Below, one piece after another: positions 11,252 to 20,909 of a stretch of 64,000 bases of DNA; within the stretch, counting starts at the first letter, position 1, and each line of letters starts with the position of its first letter. This DNA comes from an uncultured Acidobacteriota bacterium (GTDB taxonomy: Bacteria > Acidobacteriota > Vicinamibacteria > Fen-336). Both the position numbers and the translations under genes were made by a program. The notes under the pieces are model-generated. The model worked only from the letters and a program-made list of their open reading frames with translations. It had not been told where the DNA came from and did no database searches. The DNA lies in contig CAWKAS010000005.1 in NCBI GenBank assembly GCA_963847655.1, forward strand, positions 364,319 through 428,318, given 5' to 3'.

Positions 11252-13159
11252 ATGAAAGACTTCGAAACCGTCGTCGTCGAGACCGATCTCCTGATCCTCG
11301 GAGGCGGGATGGCCGCCTGCGGCGCGGCCGTCGAGGCCGCCCACTGGGCCAAGAAGAACAACCTCAAGGTCACCATGGTCGACAAGGCCGCGGTCGACCG
11401 CTCCGGCGCGGTGGCGATGGGCCTCAGCGCCATCAACCAGTACGTCGGCCTCAAGGACGGCCAGAACACCGTCAAGAACTATGTCGACTACGTGCGCAAC
11501 GACCTCATGGGCGTCACCCGCGAGGACCTCGTCGCCGACATCGCCCGCCACGTCGACTCCTCGGTCCACCTCTTCGAGAAGTGGGGCCTGCCCATCTGGA
11601 AGGACGAGAACGGCGGCTACGTGCACGAGGGCCGCTGGCAGCTGATGATCAACGGCGAGTCCTACAAGGTCGTCGTGGCCGAGGCCGCCAAGAACGCCAT
11701 CGGCGCGGACAACATCTACGAGCGCGTCTTCATCACCGGGCCGATCATGGACGGTGACACGTGCAAGGGCGCCTACGGGTTCTCCGTCCGCGAGAACAAG
11801 TTCTACGTCTTCAAGTCCCGGGCGACCCTGGTGTCCATGGGTGGCGCGGTTCACGTGTTCAAGCCCCGGTCCTCCGGCGAGGGTGCGGGCCGCGCCTGGT
11901 ACCCGCCGTGGAACGCCGGTGCGTCCGCCTACTTCACGCTGGCCGCCGGCGCCGAGATGACCTGCCAGGAAGTCCGCTTCATCCCGGTGCGGTTCAAGGA
12001 CGCCTACGGCCCGGTCGGCGCCTGGTTCCTGCTCTTCAAGTCGCGGGCGACCAACGCCTTCGGCGGCGAGTACATGCAGGAGCGCCGTCCCGAGCTGGCC
12101 AACTGGGGCCCCTACGGTCAGGTGAAGCCGATCCCGGCCAACCTGCGGAACTACCTCGGGATGCTCGACGTGCTGGAGGGCAAGGGCCCGATCTACATGC
12201 GCACCGAGGAGGCCATCAAGAAGATCGCCGACCAGACGCCCGATCCCAAGGCCTACAAGAAGAAGATGAAGGAGCTGGAGTCCGAGGCCTGGGAGGACTT
12301 CCTCGACATGACCATCTCGCAGGCCATCCTGTGGGCGGCCACCAACACCGCCCCCGAGGAGAAGTCCTCCGAGATCGCCGCCGCCGAGCCCTACTTCATC
12401 GGCTCGCACTCCGGCGCCTCCGGCGCCTGGGTGAGCGGTCCCAAGGACCTGGCCCCCGAGCCGTACTTCTGGGGCTACGAGACGATGTCCACGGTCAAGG
12501 GCGTCTTCTGCGCCGGTGACGCATCCGGCGCGTCTTCGCACAAGTTCTCCTCCGGCTCCCACGCCGAGGGGCGCATCTCCGGCAAGGCGGCCGTCCGGTA
12601 CCTGGTCAACGAGAAGCCGGCCAAGCCCGAGGTCAGCGACGCCGAGATCGAGAAGCTCAAGAACGCGACCTACAAGCCCCTCGCCACCTTCGATGAGCAC
12701 AAGGGCGCATCGACGCAACCTGACGTCAACCCGAACTACATCAGGCCGGACATGTTCATGCGTCGCCTGCAGAAGATCATGGACGAGTACGCCGGCGGAG
12801 TGACCGCCCAGTTCACCACCTCCAAGCCGATGCTGGACCGGGGCCTGGAGCTCCTCGACTTCCTCCGGGAGGACGCGGACAAGCTGGGCGCCCAGGATCT
12901 CCACGAGCTGATGCGCTGCTGGGAGAATTACCACCGCATGTTCCAGGCCGAGGCCCACGTCCGCACCGTGCTCTTCCGCGAGGAGACGCGTTGGCCCGGC
13001 TACTACTTCCGCTCCGACTTCCCCAAGATCGACGAGAACAACTGGCACTGCTTCGTCAACTGCAAGTACGACGCGGCCACCGGGAAGTGGGACATCATGA
13101 AGCGGGAGATCATCCCCGCCTTCAAGCCCGCCGAAGAGCACGAGCTCGTCGGCGGCTAG
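11252..13159 (+). CDS. aprA: adenylylsulfate reductase alpha subunit
   Basis: RSGAVAMGLSAIN, WQLMINGESYK, RFKDAYGPVGAWFL, HKFSSGSHAEGR, REETRWPG. Confidence 0.97.
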   Translation: MKDFETVVVETDLLILGGGMAACGAAVEAAHWAKKNNLKVTMVDKAAVDRSGAVAMGLSAINQYVGLKDGQNTVKNYVDYVRNDLMGVTREDLVADIARHVDSSVHLFEKWGLPIWKDENGGYVHEGRWQLMINGESYKVVVAEAAKNAIGADNIYERVFITGPIMDGDTCKGAYGFSVRENKFYVFKSRATLVSMGGAVHVFKPRSSGEGAGRAWYPPWNAGASAYFTLAAGAEMTCQEVRFIPVRFKDAYGPVGAWFLLFKSRATNAFGGEYMQERRPELANWGPYGQVKPIPANLRNYLGMLDVLEGKGPIYMRTEEAIKKIADQTPDPKAYKKKMKELESEAWEDFLDMTISQAILWAATNTAPEEKSSEIAAAEPYFIGSHSGASGAWVSGPKDLAPEPYFWGYETMSTVKGVFCAGDASGASSHKFSSGSHAEGRISGKAAVRYLVNEKPAKPEVSDAEIEKLKNATYKPLATFDEHKGASTQPDVNPNYIRPDMFMRRLQKIMDEYAGGVTAQFTTSKPMLDRGLELLDFLREDADKLGAQDLHELMRCWENYHRMFQAEAHVRTVLFREETRWPGYYFRSDFPKIDENNWHCFVNCKYDAATGKWDIMKREIIPAFKPAEEHELVGG

Positions 13160-13172
13160 CCTGCCGGTTTCC

Positions 13173-13211
13173 GTGCCCCAGGCGTTCTCGAGCCGAGAGC
13201 GCCTGGGGCGC
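13173..13211 (+). terminator. long stem-loop after aprA (partial terminator or mRNA stabiliser)
   Basis: GTGCCCCAGGCGTTCTCG-AGC-CGAGAGCGCCTGGGGCGC; no clear U-tract. Confidence 0.55.
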
Positions 13212-13243
13212 TCTCTCCCGGGCTTCTTTCGAAGGGGGATCGC

Positions 13244-13555
13244 ATGAGCCCGACATGCCCGTACTGTGGCGAGCCTCTCCAGGCCTTCGCCCTGCCCGAG
13301 GAAGGGTGCTGGGACTCCGCGTTCCACGTCGCCTGCTTCAACGACGACTGCCCGTACTTCGTGCGAGGCCGGCAGCGGATGGAGGACGTCTACGGGGTCA
13401 AGGTGTCCTACCGCTATCGGATCGACCCGACCACCGGCCAGTCCTCACCCCTGGCCGTCTGGTCTCCTGACGCCCTGAAGGACCGCATCCTGGAGGCCGA
13501 GATCACCACCGACGTCGCGCCAGCGGAGTCGGCACCGAACGGGAGCTCACGATGA
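13244..13555 (+). CDS. small Cys-rich (zinc-ribbon-like) hypothetical protein
   Basis: CPYC...CFNDDCPYF; ATGA overlap with next gene. Confidence 0.75.
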   Translation: MSPTCPYCGEPLQAFALPEEGCWDSAFHVACFNDDCPYFVRGRQRMEDVYGVKVSYRYRIDPTTGQSSPLAVWSPDALKDRILEAEITTDVAPAESAPNGSSR

Positions 13556-14349
13556 ACGACGCAACGCTGGACGTCCCGCCCGATCTCGCCGACAAGCGCC
13601 GCCTGGCGCCGCACGAGTCGTTCTGCTTCGGCTGCCGCTCCGACCTCCCGTGCTTCACGCGCTGCTGCGCCGACGTAAACATCCTGCTCACCCCGGTCGA
13701 CGTCCTCCGCCTGTCGCGCCGCCTGGGAATCAGCACTACCGAGTTCATCGACCAGCACACCCTGCTCCCGATCACCAGGGACCTCAAGCTCCCGACGGTC
13801 ATGCTCAAGATGAGCGACGCCGAGGACAAGCGCTGCTCCTTCGTCAGCGAGAAGGGCTGCGGGGTGTACGAGGACCGGCCCTGGTCCTGCCGGATGTACC
13901 CGGTGGCCATGGCCGTACCCCCGGCCCGGGTCGGCGTGGAGCCGAAGCCGGTCTACTTCCTTCTGGAAGACGGTTTCTGCGAGGGCCACCGGGAACCGCG
14001 CCAGTGGACGGTCGACCAGTGGCGCGAGGACCAGGACGTGGCCGCCCGCGAGGAGCTCGAGGCGGGCTTCCGCGAGATCGTGTCCCACCCCTGGTTCATC
14101 GGCGGCACGCGCCAGCTCGACTCCAAGCGGCTCGACATGTTCTTCACCGCCTGCTACGACCTGGACAAGTTCCGCACCTTCGTCTTCGACTCGACCTTCC
14201 TGGAGCGTTTCGACCTGGAGCCGGAGCTGGTAGACAAGCTGCGCGAGGACGACGACGAGCTCCTCCGCTTCGCGTTCCGCTGGCTGAAGCTCGCCCTGTT
14301 CGGCGAGCCGGTGCTCAAGGTCCGGGACTCCGCGAGGAGAACTGCATGA
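13552..14349 (+). CDS. YkgJ-family cysteine-cluster (putative Fe-S/Zn) protein
   Basis: FGC...CFTRCC, CSFV...GCGVYEDRPWSCRMYP. Confidence 0.85.
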   Translation: MNDATLDVPPDLADKRRLAPHESFCFGCRSDLPCFTRCCADVNILLTPVDVLRLSRRLGISTTEFIDQHTLLPITRDLKLPTVMLKMSDAEDKRCSFVSEKGCGVYEDRPWSCRMYPVAMAVPPARVGVEPKPVYFLLEDGFCEGHREPRQWTVDQWREDQDVAAREELEAGFREIVSHPWFIGGTRQLDSKRLDMFFTACYDLDKFRTFVFDSTFLERFDLEPELVDKLREDDDELLRFAFRWLKLALFGEPVLKVRDSARRTA

Positions 14350-15578
14350 GTGAACCCACGCCCCGGCCCCTGCTGGTGGTGGGAGCGGGGATCGCGGGGG
14401 TGACCGCCGCGATCGAGGCGGCCGAGGCCGGCCGCGACGTCGTCCTGCTCGAGAAGGAGGCCTCCATCGGGGGTCGGGTCCTTCAGCTCCACCACTACTT
14501 CCCGAAGCTGTGTCCCCCCTCGTGCGGGATGGAGATCAACACCCGTCGGCTGGAGCGCAACCCGCGGGTGCGGGTCCTGACCCGGGGCGAGGTCACCGCG
14601 GCCCGGAACGGGACGGTCACCCTTCGGCAGAGGCCGGCGTACGTGAACGACCGGTGCACCGCCTGCGGGAGGTGCAGCGAGGTGTGCCCGGCGAAGGTGA
14701 GGGACCCGCACAACCTGGGGATGAGCGAGGTCCCGGCCATCCGCCTCCCCCACCCCAACGCCTGGCCCTACCGCTACACCCTGGACCGCGACGCCTGCCC
14801 GAACGGCTGCCGGGCCTGCGTCGACGCCTGCGCCTACGACGCGATCGATCTCGACGCGAAGGAGCGCGAGGAGACCCTCGAGGTCGGCTCGGTGGTGGTC
14901 GCCACCGGCTGGCACGCCTACCCCCTGGAGAAGCTCCCGGAGCTGGGCGGGGGCACGCTGCCCAACGTGATCTCGAACGTCCAGATGGAGCGCCTGGCCT
15001 CGAAGAGCGGGCCCAACGGCGGCAGGATCCAGCGCCCCTCGGACGGCGAGGCCCCGAAGAAGGTGGCCTTCGTCCAGTGCGCAGGCTCGAGGGACCACAA
15101 CCACCTGGCCTACTGCTCCTCGGTCTGCTGCCTCGGCTCGTTCAAGCAGGCCCTCTACGTGAAGGAGCAGGACCCCGAGGCAGAGGTGGTCATCTTCTAC
15201 ATCGACCGCCGGGCCTTCGGCCGCAACGAGGAGATCCTCGCCCGCCTCGCGGAGGAGAAGGGCGTGCGCCTGATCAAGGGCAAGGTCGGCCACGTCGAGG
15301 CCGGCGACGGTGGAGCCCTGAAGCTCCGCGCCGAGGACGTGGAGGCCGGGCGTCTCGTCGAGGAGCAGGCCGACCTGGTCGTGCTCGCCACGGGCATGGT
15401 GCCCAACCTCAAGGACGGCGTGCTGCCGCTGGAGCTCGAGCGCGACGACGACGGTTTCGGCCTGGACAGCACCAGGGCGCGGGTGGCGGGCGTGGCCCGG
15501 CGGCCGGCGGACGTGGCCACCTGCGTGCGCGACGCCACCGGGGCCGCGGCGCGCGCTCTGGCATCGGGGAGGGCGTGA
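14346..15578 (+). CDS. qmoA: QmoA (HdrA-like flavoprotein)
   Basis: VVGAGIAG, YFPKLCPPSCG, ferredoxin insert CTACGRC, FVQCAGSRD..HLAYCSSVCC. Confidence 0.92.
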   Translation: MSEPTPRPLLVVGAGIAGVTAAIEAAEAGRDVVLLEKEASIGGRVLQLHHYFPKLCPPSCGMEINTRRLERNPRVRVLTRGEVTAARNGTVTLRQRPAYVNDRCTACGRCSEVCPAKVRDPHNLGMSEVPAIRLPHPNAWPYRYTLDRDACPNGCRACVDACAYDAIDLDAKEREETLEVGSVVVATGWHAYPLEKLPELGGGTLPNVISNVQMERLASKSGPNGGRIQRPSDGEAPKKVAFVQCAGSRDHNHLAYCSSVCCLGSFKQALYVKEQDPEAEVVIFYIDRRAFGRNEEILARLAEEKGVRLIKGKVGHVEAGDGGALKLRAEDVEAGRLVEEQADLVVLATGMVPNLKDGVLPLELERDDDGFGLDSTRARVAGVARRPADVATCVRDATGAAARALASGRA

Positions 15579-17826
15579 TGGAGCGAGTCGGCGTCTTCAC
15601 CTGCACGGGCTGCGGCATCGGGGAGGCCCTGGACATCGAGGCCCTGCACGCCGCGCCCGACAGCCCGAAGCCCACCTGCACCGCCAGCCATCCCTGCCTC
15701 TGCGCACCCGAGGGGATGGACAACGTCCGCAAGGCCGTGGACGAGGAGAAGCTGGAGGGCGTGATCCTCGCGGCCTGCTCCCCCCGGGCCAAGCAGCAGG
15801 AGCTGCAGCTCGACCGGGCGGCGACCATGGTGCGAGCGCGTGAGCCTGCGCGAGCAGGTCGTCTGGTCCCATCCGCCGAACGAAGAAGACTCGCAGATGC
15901 TGGCCGAGGACCTGCTGCTGATGGGCATAGCCAAGGTCACGCGAGCGAAGGCCGCGACGCCGACCTCGGAGCCCGTCGAGACCGGAGTGCTGGTGGTCGG
16001 CGGGGGCGTGGCCGGCCTCGAGGCCGCCCGCGGCGCCTCCGGTCTCGGGCACGCGGTGGTGCTGGTCGAGAAGGACGAGGCCCTCGGGGGCCGGACGAGG
16101 GGCCTCCGCTTCCAGACGCCGGGGCGGCCGCCCTACGACACCCTGGTGCCCAGCTCGCTTCCGGACCTGGTCGCCGCGGTCGAGGCCGACCCGCAGATCA
16201 AGGTCCTCACGCACGCGCGGGTCAAGGGCATCAAGGGCCAGCCCGGCCAGTTCAGCGTCGAAGTCGAGACCCCCTCCGGAGTGGAGAGCTTCCGGTCCGG
16301 GGCCATCGTCCAGGCCACCGGCGCACGTCCCTACGACGCCACGAAGCTCGGACACCTCGGGTACGGGTCCTCCTCCAACGTCATCACCTCGCACGAGCTG
16401 GAGGCCATGCTCTCGCGGGGCGAGCTGGGACGGCCTTCCGACGGGAAGGTCCCGGGTCGCGTGGTCTTCATCCAGTGCGCCGGCTCCAGGGACCCCGAGC
16501 ACCTGCCCTACTGCTCGTCCGAGTGCTGCGGCGTGACGCTGCGGCAAATGGCCACCATCCACAAGGACCACCCCGGGGTCGAGACCGCCACCGTCTACAA
16601 GGACATGCGGACCGGTGGCCAGCTCGAGCGCTTCTACCAGGCGGTGCAGACCCAGCCCGGGAGCCTCTTCACCCGCGGCGAGGTCAGCGCGGTGGAGGGC
16701 AACGGCGACCTGAAGGTTCACCTGAAGGAGTCCCTGCTGGGCGAAGACGTCAGCCTGGACGCGGACCTCGTGGTCCTGGCGGTGGGGATGGTCCCCAACT
16801 CCGCCGACGGCGAGGCCATCCGGGCCCTGCACGACGCCCGGGCGCGCTCCGAGAAGGGCGACTCCGAGATCCAGAAGAAGGAGGCCCTGAAGGTCGTCGG
16901 GCAGCTCGAGCACCACGAGGGCACGGAGATCCTGAACCTCGACTACCGCCAGGGGCCGGACCTCCCGGTCCTGCGCTACGGGTTCCCCGACTCCCACTTC
17001 ATCTGCTTTCCCTACGAGACACGCCGCACCGGCATCTACGCCGCCGGCACGCTGCGCGCGCCGATGGACGGGGCCCAGGCCGCGGAGGACGGCTGGGGCG
17101 CGGCCATGAAGGCCGCCCAGTGCATCGAGGAGGCCCGCCACGGCGAGGCGGTGCACCCGCGCTCCGGGGACGTGGGGGTGCCCGACTTCTTCCTGCAGCG
17201 CTGCACGCAGTGCAAGCGCTGCACCGAGGAGTGTCCGTTCGGCACCCTCAACGAGGACGAGAAGGGCACCCCGCAGCTCAACGTCCTGCGCTGCCGCCGT
17301 TGCGGCATCTGCATGGGGGCGTGCCCCGAGCGCATCATCAACTTCGCGGACTACTCCGTGGACTCCACCGCGGCCGCGATCAAGGCCATGTCGGTTCCGG
17401 ACGAGTTCGACGAGAAGCCCCGGATCCTGGCGCTGCTGTGCGAGAACGACGCGCTGCCGGCCCTCGACGCCGCCGCGCTGGCACGGACGCAGTGGAACCC
17501 GTGGGTGAGAGTCGTACCGCTGCGCTGTCTCGGCTCCACCAACCTGGTGTGGATCGCCGACGCGCTCTCGCGGGGGATCGACGGGGTGATCCTCATCGGC
17601 TGCAAGCACGGCGACGACTACCAGTGCCACTACATTCGGGGGTCCGAGCTCGCCAACACCCGCCTGGGCAACCTCCAGGAGACCCTGACCCGCCTCGCCG
17701 TCGAGCCGGAGCGGGTCAAGGTCGTGGAGCTCGCCCACGACGAGAGCGACCGGATCCCGCGGATCCTCGACGAGTTCGCCGAGCGAGCTCGAGGAGCTGG
17801 GCGCGAGCCCGCTGAAGGGCTTCTGA
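15578..17826 (+). CDS. qmoB: QmoB (HdrA-MvhD fusion), interrupted by two +1 frameshifts (~15832, ~17784)
   Basis: MERVGVFTCTGCG in one frame; SLREQVVW..FIQCAGSRD..CTQCKRC..CENDA..GCKHGDDYQCHY in another; terminal ELEELGASPLKGF* in a third. Confidence 0.88.
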
Positions 17827-17836
17827 GGGAGGGAGT

Positions 17837-18961
17837 ATGGCGTCGACATCAGCGATCGTGTCCTCCCCGGCCTTCCGCCAGGAGCTGCTCACGCGCGGCG
17901 GGGAGACGGCGGCGCGCTGCTACCAGTGCGCCACCTGCTCCAGCGTGTGCGAGCTGGCCCCGGCCGAGGCCCCGTTCCCCCGCCGCCAGATGCTCTGGGC
18001 GCAGTGGGGCCTGGCCGACCGGCTGGCCGGCGACCCTGCGGTCTGGCTCTGCCACCAGTGCAACGACTGCACCACCCACTGCCCTCGGGACGCCCGACCG
18101 GGCGACATCCTGCAGGTCGTGCGCGGCCTGGTGGTGGAGAGCCTGGCGTTCCCGAAGGGCCTGGGACGCCTGGTGGCGGGCGCCCGCAAGACGTGGCCGA
18201 TTCTCTTCGGGGTGCCCCTGCTCTTCTGGATCGCGCTCCTGGCCACGATGGGGCTGCTCCAGCCTCCGGCCGACTTCCACGCCTACGAGCAGATCGTGCC
18301 CCACTCGGTCCTCTACTCCGTCTTCTTCCCGCTGGCCGGGTTCGTGACCCTGGCCGCCGTCGTCAGCGGGCGCCGTTACTGGCAGATGATGGGAGGGGCG
18401 GCGCCGCGCTCGAGATCGTTCCTCTCCGGGCTGTGGTCGACCGGCGTCGACATCGCCACCCACAAGCGCTTCGGAAGCTGCGGCACCGCCCGCTTCCGGC
18501 GCATGGGACACCTGCTGCTCTTCTGGGGCTTCGTGGGAGCGGCGGTCACGTCGGGGTTGCTGATCTTCGCCATCTACGTCCAGGGCTACGAGCTACCCCT
18601 CCCCCTGATGCACCCCTACAAGCTCCTCGGCAACGTCTCCGCGGTGGCTCTCGTGGTCGGGGCCGGCATCCTCGTGGCCGCACGAGTCTCGGACGGCAAG
18701 GGGGCGGGGGCGTCCACTGCGTTCGACTCGTTCTTCGCCACGGCGGTGGTCCTGGTGATCGTCAGCGGAGTGCTCGTGGAGTCGGTGCGCCTCCTGGCCC
18801 CGGAGGTGCCGGCGGTGGCGGTGGCTCTCTACGTGGTGCACCTGGGCGTGGTGACGACCCTCTTCCTGACCTTTCCCTACTCGAAGTTCGCCCACATGCT
18901 CTACCGCACGCTGGCCATGGTCCACGAGCAGGCGGCCGCGGGACAAGCCAGGGGAGACTGA
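17837..18961 (+). CDS. qmoC: QmoC (Fe-S plus heme b membrane subunit)
   Basis: CYQCATCSSVC, CHQCNDCTTHCPR, multiple TM helices, PYSKFAH. Confidence 0.93.
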   Translation: MASTSAIVSSPAFRQELLTRGGETAARCYQCATCSSVCELAPAEAPFPRRQMLWAQWGLADRLAGDPAVWLCHQCNDCTTHCPRDARPGDILQVVRGLVVESLAFPKGLGRLVAGARKTWPILFGVPLLFWIALLATMGLLQPPADFHAYEQIVPHSVLYSVFFPLAGFVTLAAVVSGRRYWQMMGGAAPRSRSFLSGLWSTGVDIATHKRFGSCGTARFRRMGHLLLFWGFVGAAVTSGLLIFAIYVQGYELPLPLMHPYKLLGNVSAVALVVGAGILVAARVSDGKGAGASTAFDSFFATAVVLVIVSGVLVESVRLLAPEVPAVAVALYVVHLGVVTTLFLTFPYSKFAHMLYRTLAMVHEQAAAGQARGD

Positions 18962-18971
18962 GGGGCGAGCC

Positions 18972-20909
18972 ATGGGCCCTGTCCACCGTGGCGCCTCCCT
19001 GATCGGCCTTCTTCTCCTGGCCGTCGGAGCCCGGGCCGGCGACACCCCGGTCGCCCCCCCTCACGACGGCGTCGACTGCGAGGCCTGTCACCCGAGCGGG
19101 ACCACGCCTGGGGAGCCCGTGACGTGCGTGACCACGCAGTGCCACACGCCGCAGGACACCGGCTTCTTCCAGAGCGATCACGACCGGACCCACCGAGCCG
19201 AGGACGCCCCCACCTGCGCGGATTGCCACGGGGGGCACGAGCTGCGCTCCGGGGCCGACGCCCTGGACGCCGCCTGCCAGGGCCGGATGGACCGGACCTG
19301 TCTGACCTGCCACTCCGCAGAGCAGTACTTCCCCGGCCGGGACGGCGCCCCCCGCCCCACCGGGCTGTCGGCCAGCATCCATGCCGTCCCCGCCCTGAGG
19401 GAGGGCTGCCCCACCGCGGCCATGAGCTGCTTCAGCTGCCACGGGACGCACGGGGTCGTCCCCGCCGAGGATCCGGCGTCCCGCATCCACCGCGGCCGGA
19501 TCGCCGAGACCTGCGGCGCCTGTCACGCCGAGGTCCTCTCGGCCTTCGCCACGAGCGCCCACGGCCGCAGCCTCGCCGCCGGGTCGGCCTTCGCCCCCAC
19601 CTGCACGAACTGCCACGGAGTCCACGGCATCCAGTCCGCCGGCGGCGACGGCGCCTCGACCTCGGCGGGGCGGGTGGTCTTCACCTGCGCCGAGTGTCAC
19701 GAGGACCCGGCGGTCATCCGCGGCACGGACCTCCACGGAGGCGTGGTCGAGAGCTACGAGAGGACGTTCCACGGCCTCGCCTACGCCCACGGGGTCACCG
19801 ACGTCGCCACCTGCGTCTCCTGCCACGGTGCTCACGACGTCCTCTCTTCGAGAGACCCGGAGGCGAGGACCCACCCCTCCCGCATCGAGAGCACCTGTAA
19901 GAGCTGCCACGCCGAGGTGGACCCGGCCACGATCGCCAGGGTCACCCACCCCAGCGAGTGGCCGGGATTCTGGGGGGCCTTGAAGGGCTTGAACCTGTAC
20001 TTCCCGGTGGCCCGCACCGCGCTCAACCCGGCCCTGGTGTCGGGCATGGGCGCGCTGGTCGGCTTCCTCTCGGGCCTCTTCGGGGTGGGCGGCGGCTTTC
20101 TGATGACGCCGCTGCTCATCTTCATCGGCATTCCGGCCGCGGTGGCGGCGGCCACCGACGCCGCCCAGATCACCGCCGGAGCCAGCTCCGGGGCCCTCTC
20201 CCACGCGCGGCTCGGGAACGTCGATTTCAAGATGGGCCTCACCATCGTGGCCGGGGGCTGGACCGGGGGCTTTGCCGGGGTGCAGCTCGTCGCCCTTCTG
20301 CGCCACCTGGGGAACTTCGACTTCTACCTCAAGGCGGTGTACGTCCTGGTCCTGGGCTTCATCGGCGTCGCGATGTTCCTCGAGGGGGTGCGCACCCTCC
20401 GGGGCAAGGCGCCCTCCGGAGAGCCGAGGCCCGGACGGCTCGCGACCTTCTTCAAGCGGCTACCCCTCCAGACGCACTTCCCGAAGTCGGGGCTGACGAC
20501 GTCGGCGCTGCTGCCGATCGGAGCCGGCTTCATGGTCGGTGTCCTGGCGGCGTTCCTCGGTGTTGGCGGTGGCTTCATCATGCTGCCGGCCATGATCTAC
20601 GTGATCGGAATCCCCACCCGGGTGGCCATCGGGACCGACCTCTTCCAGATCGTCCTCACCTCGGCCAACGTGGCCCTGCAGCAGGCCATCACCAACCACA
20701 CGGTGGACGTGCTCCTGGCCGTCGCCCTCTTCGCGGGCTCGGTCATCGGGGCCCGCTTCGGGGTGATGGCCAGCCGCCGCCTGCGGGGCGAGCAGATCCG
20801 TGTCTTCCTGGCCATCATCGTCCTCGCGGTGATGGGGGCGTTGCTCTACCAGCTCCTGGCCACACCGCGCTTCCTGATCGACTTCGCGCGGTCCGGGGGA
20901 GGTCACTGA
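18972..20909 (+). CDS. multiheme (~10) cytochrome c fused to TauE/SafE (TSUP) sulfur-oxyanion transporter
   Basis: Signal peptide, 9 CxxCH plus 1 CX4CH, then LNLYFPVA...GFLSGLFGVGGGFLMTP and GVGGGFIMLP TauE repeats. Confidence 0.85.
   Translation: MGPVHRGASLIGLLLLAVGARAGDTPVAPPHDGVDCEACHPSGTTPGEPVTCVTTQCHTPQDTGFFQSDHDRTHRAEDAPTCADCHGGHELRSGADALDAACQGRMDRTCLTCHSAEQYFPGRDGAPRPTGLSASIHAVPALREGCPTAAMSCFSCHGTHGVVPAEDPASRIHRGRIAETCGACHAEVLSAFATSAHGRSLAAGSAFAPTCTNCHGVHGIQSAGGDGASTSAGRVVFTCAECHEDPAVIRGTDLHGGVVESYERTFHGLAYAHGVTDVATCVSCHGAHDVLSSRDPEARTHPSRIESTCKSCHAEVDPATIARVTHPSEWPGFWGALKGLNLYFPVARTALNPALVSGMGALVGFLSGLFGVGGGFLMTPLLIFIGIPAAVAAATDAAQITAGASSGALSHARLGNVDFKMGLTIVAGGWTGGFAGVQLVALLRHLGNFDFYLKAVYVLVLGFIGVAMFLEGVRTLRGKAPSGEPRPGRLATFFKRLPLQTHFPKSGLTTSALLPIGAGFMVGVLAAFLGVGGGFIMLPAMIYVIGIPTRVAIGTDLFQIVLTSANVALQQAITNHTVDVLLAVALFAGSVIGARFGVMASRRLRGEQIRVFLAIIVLAVMGALLYQLLATPRFLIDFARSGGGH

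Noticed and set aside
15820-15845. Programmed frameshifting in qmoB
   Set aside because: No slippery run at either site; a sequencing error is simpler.
17827-18347. Apparent long QmoB C-terminal extension over qmoC
   Set aside because: Product of the 17784 frameshift; the true end is ...PLKGF* at 17826.
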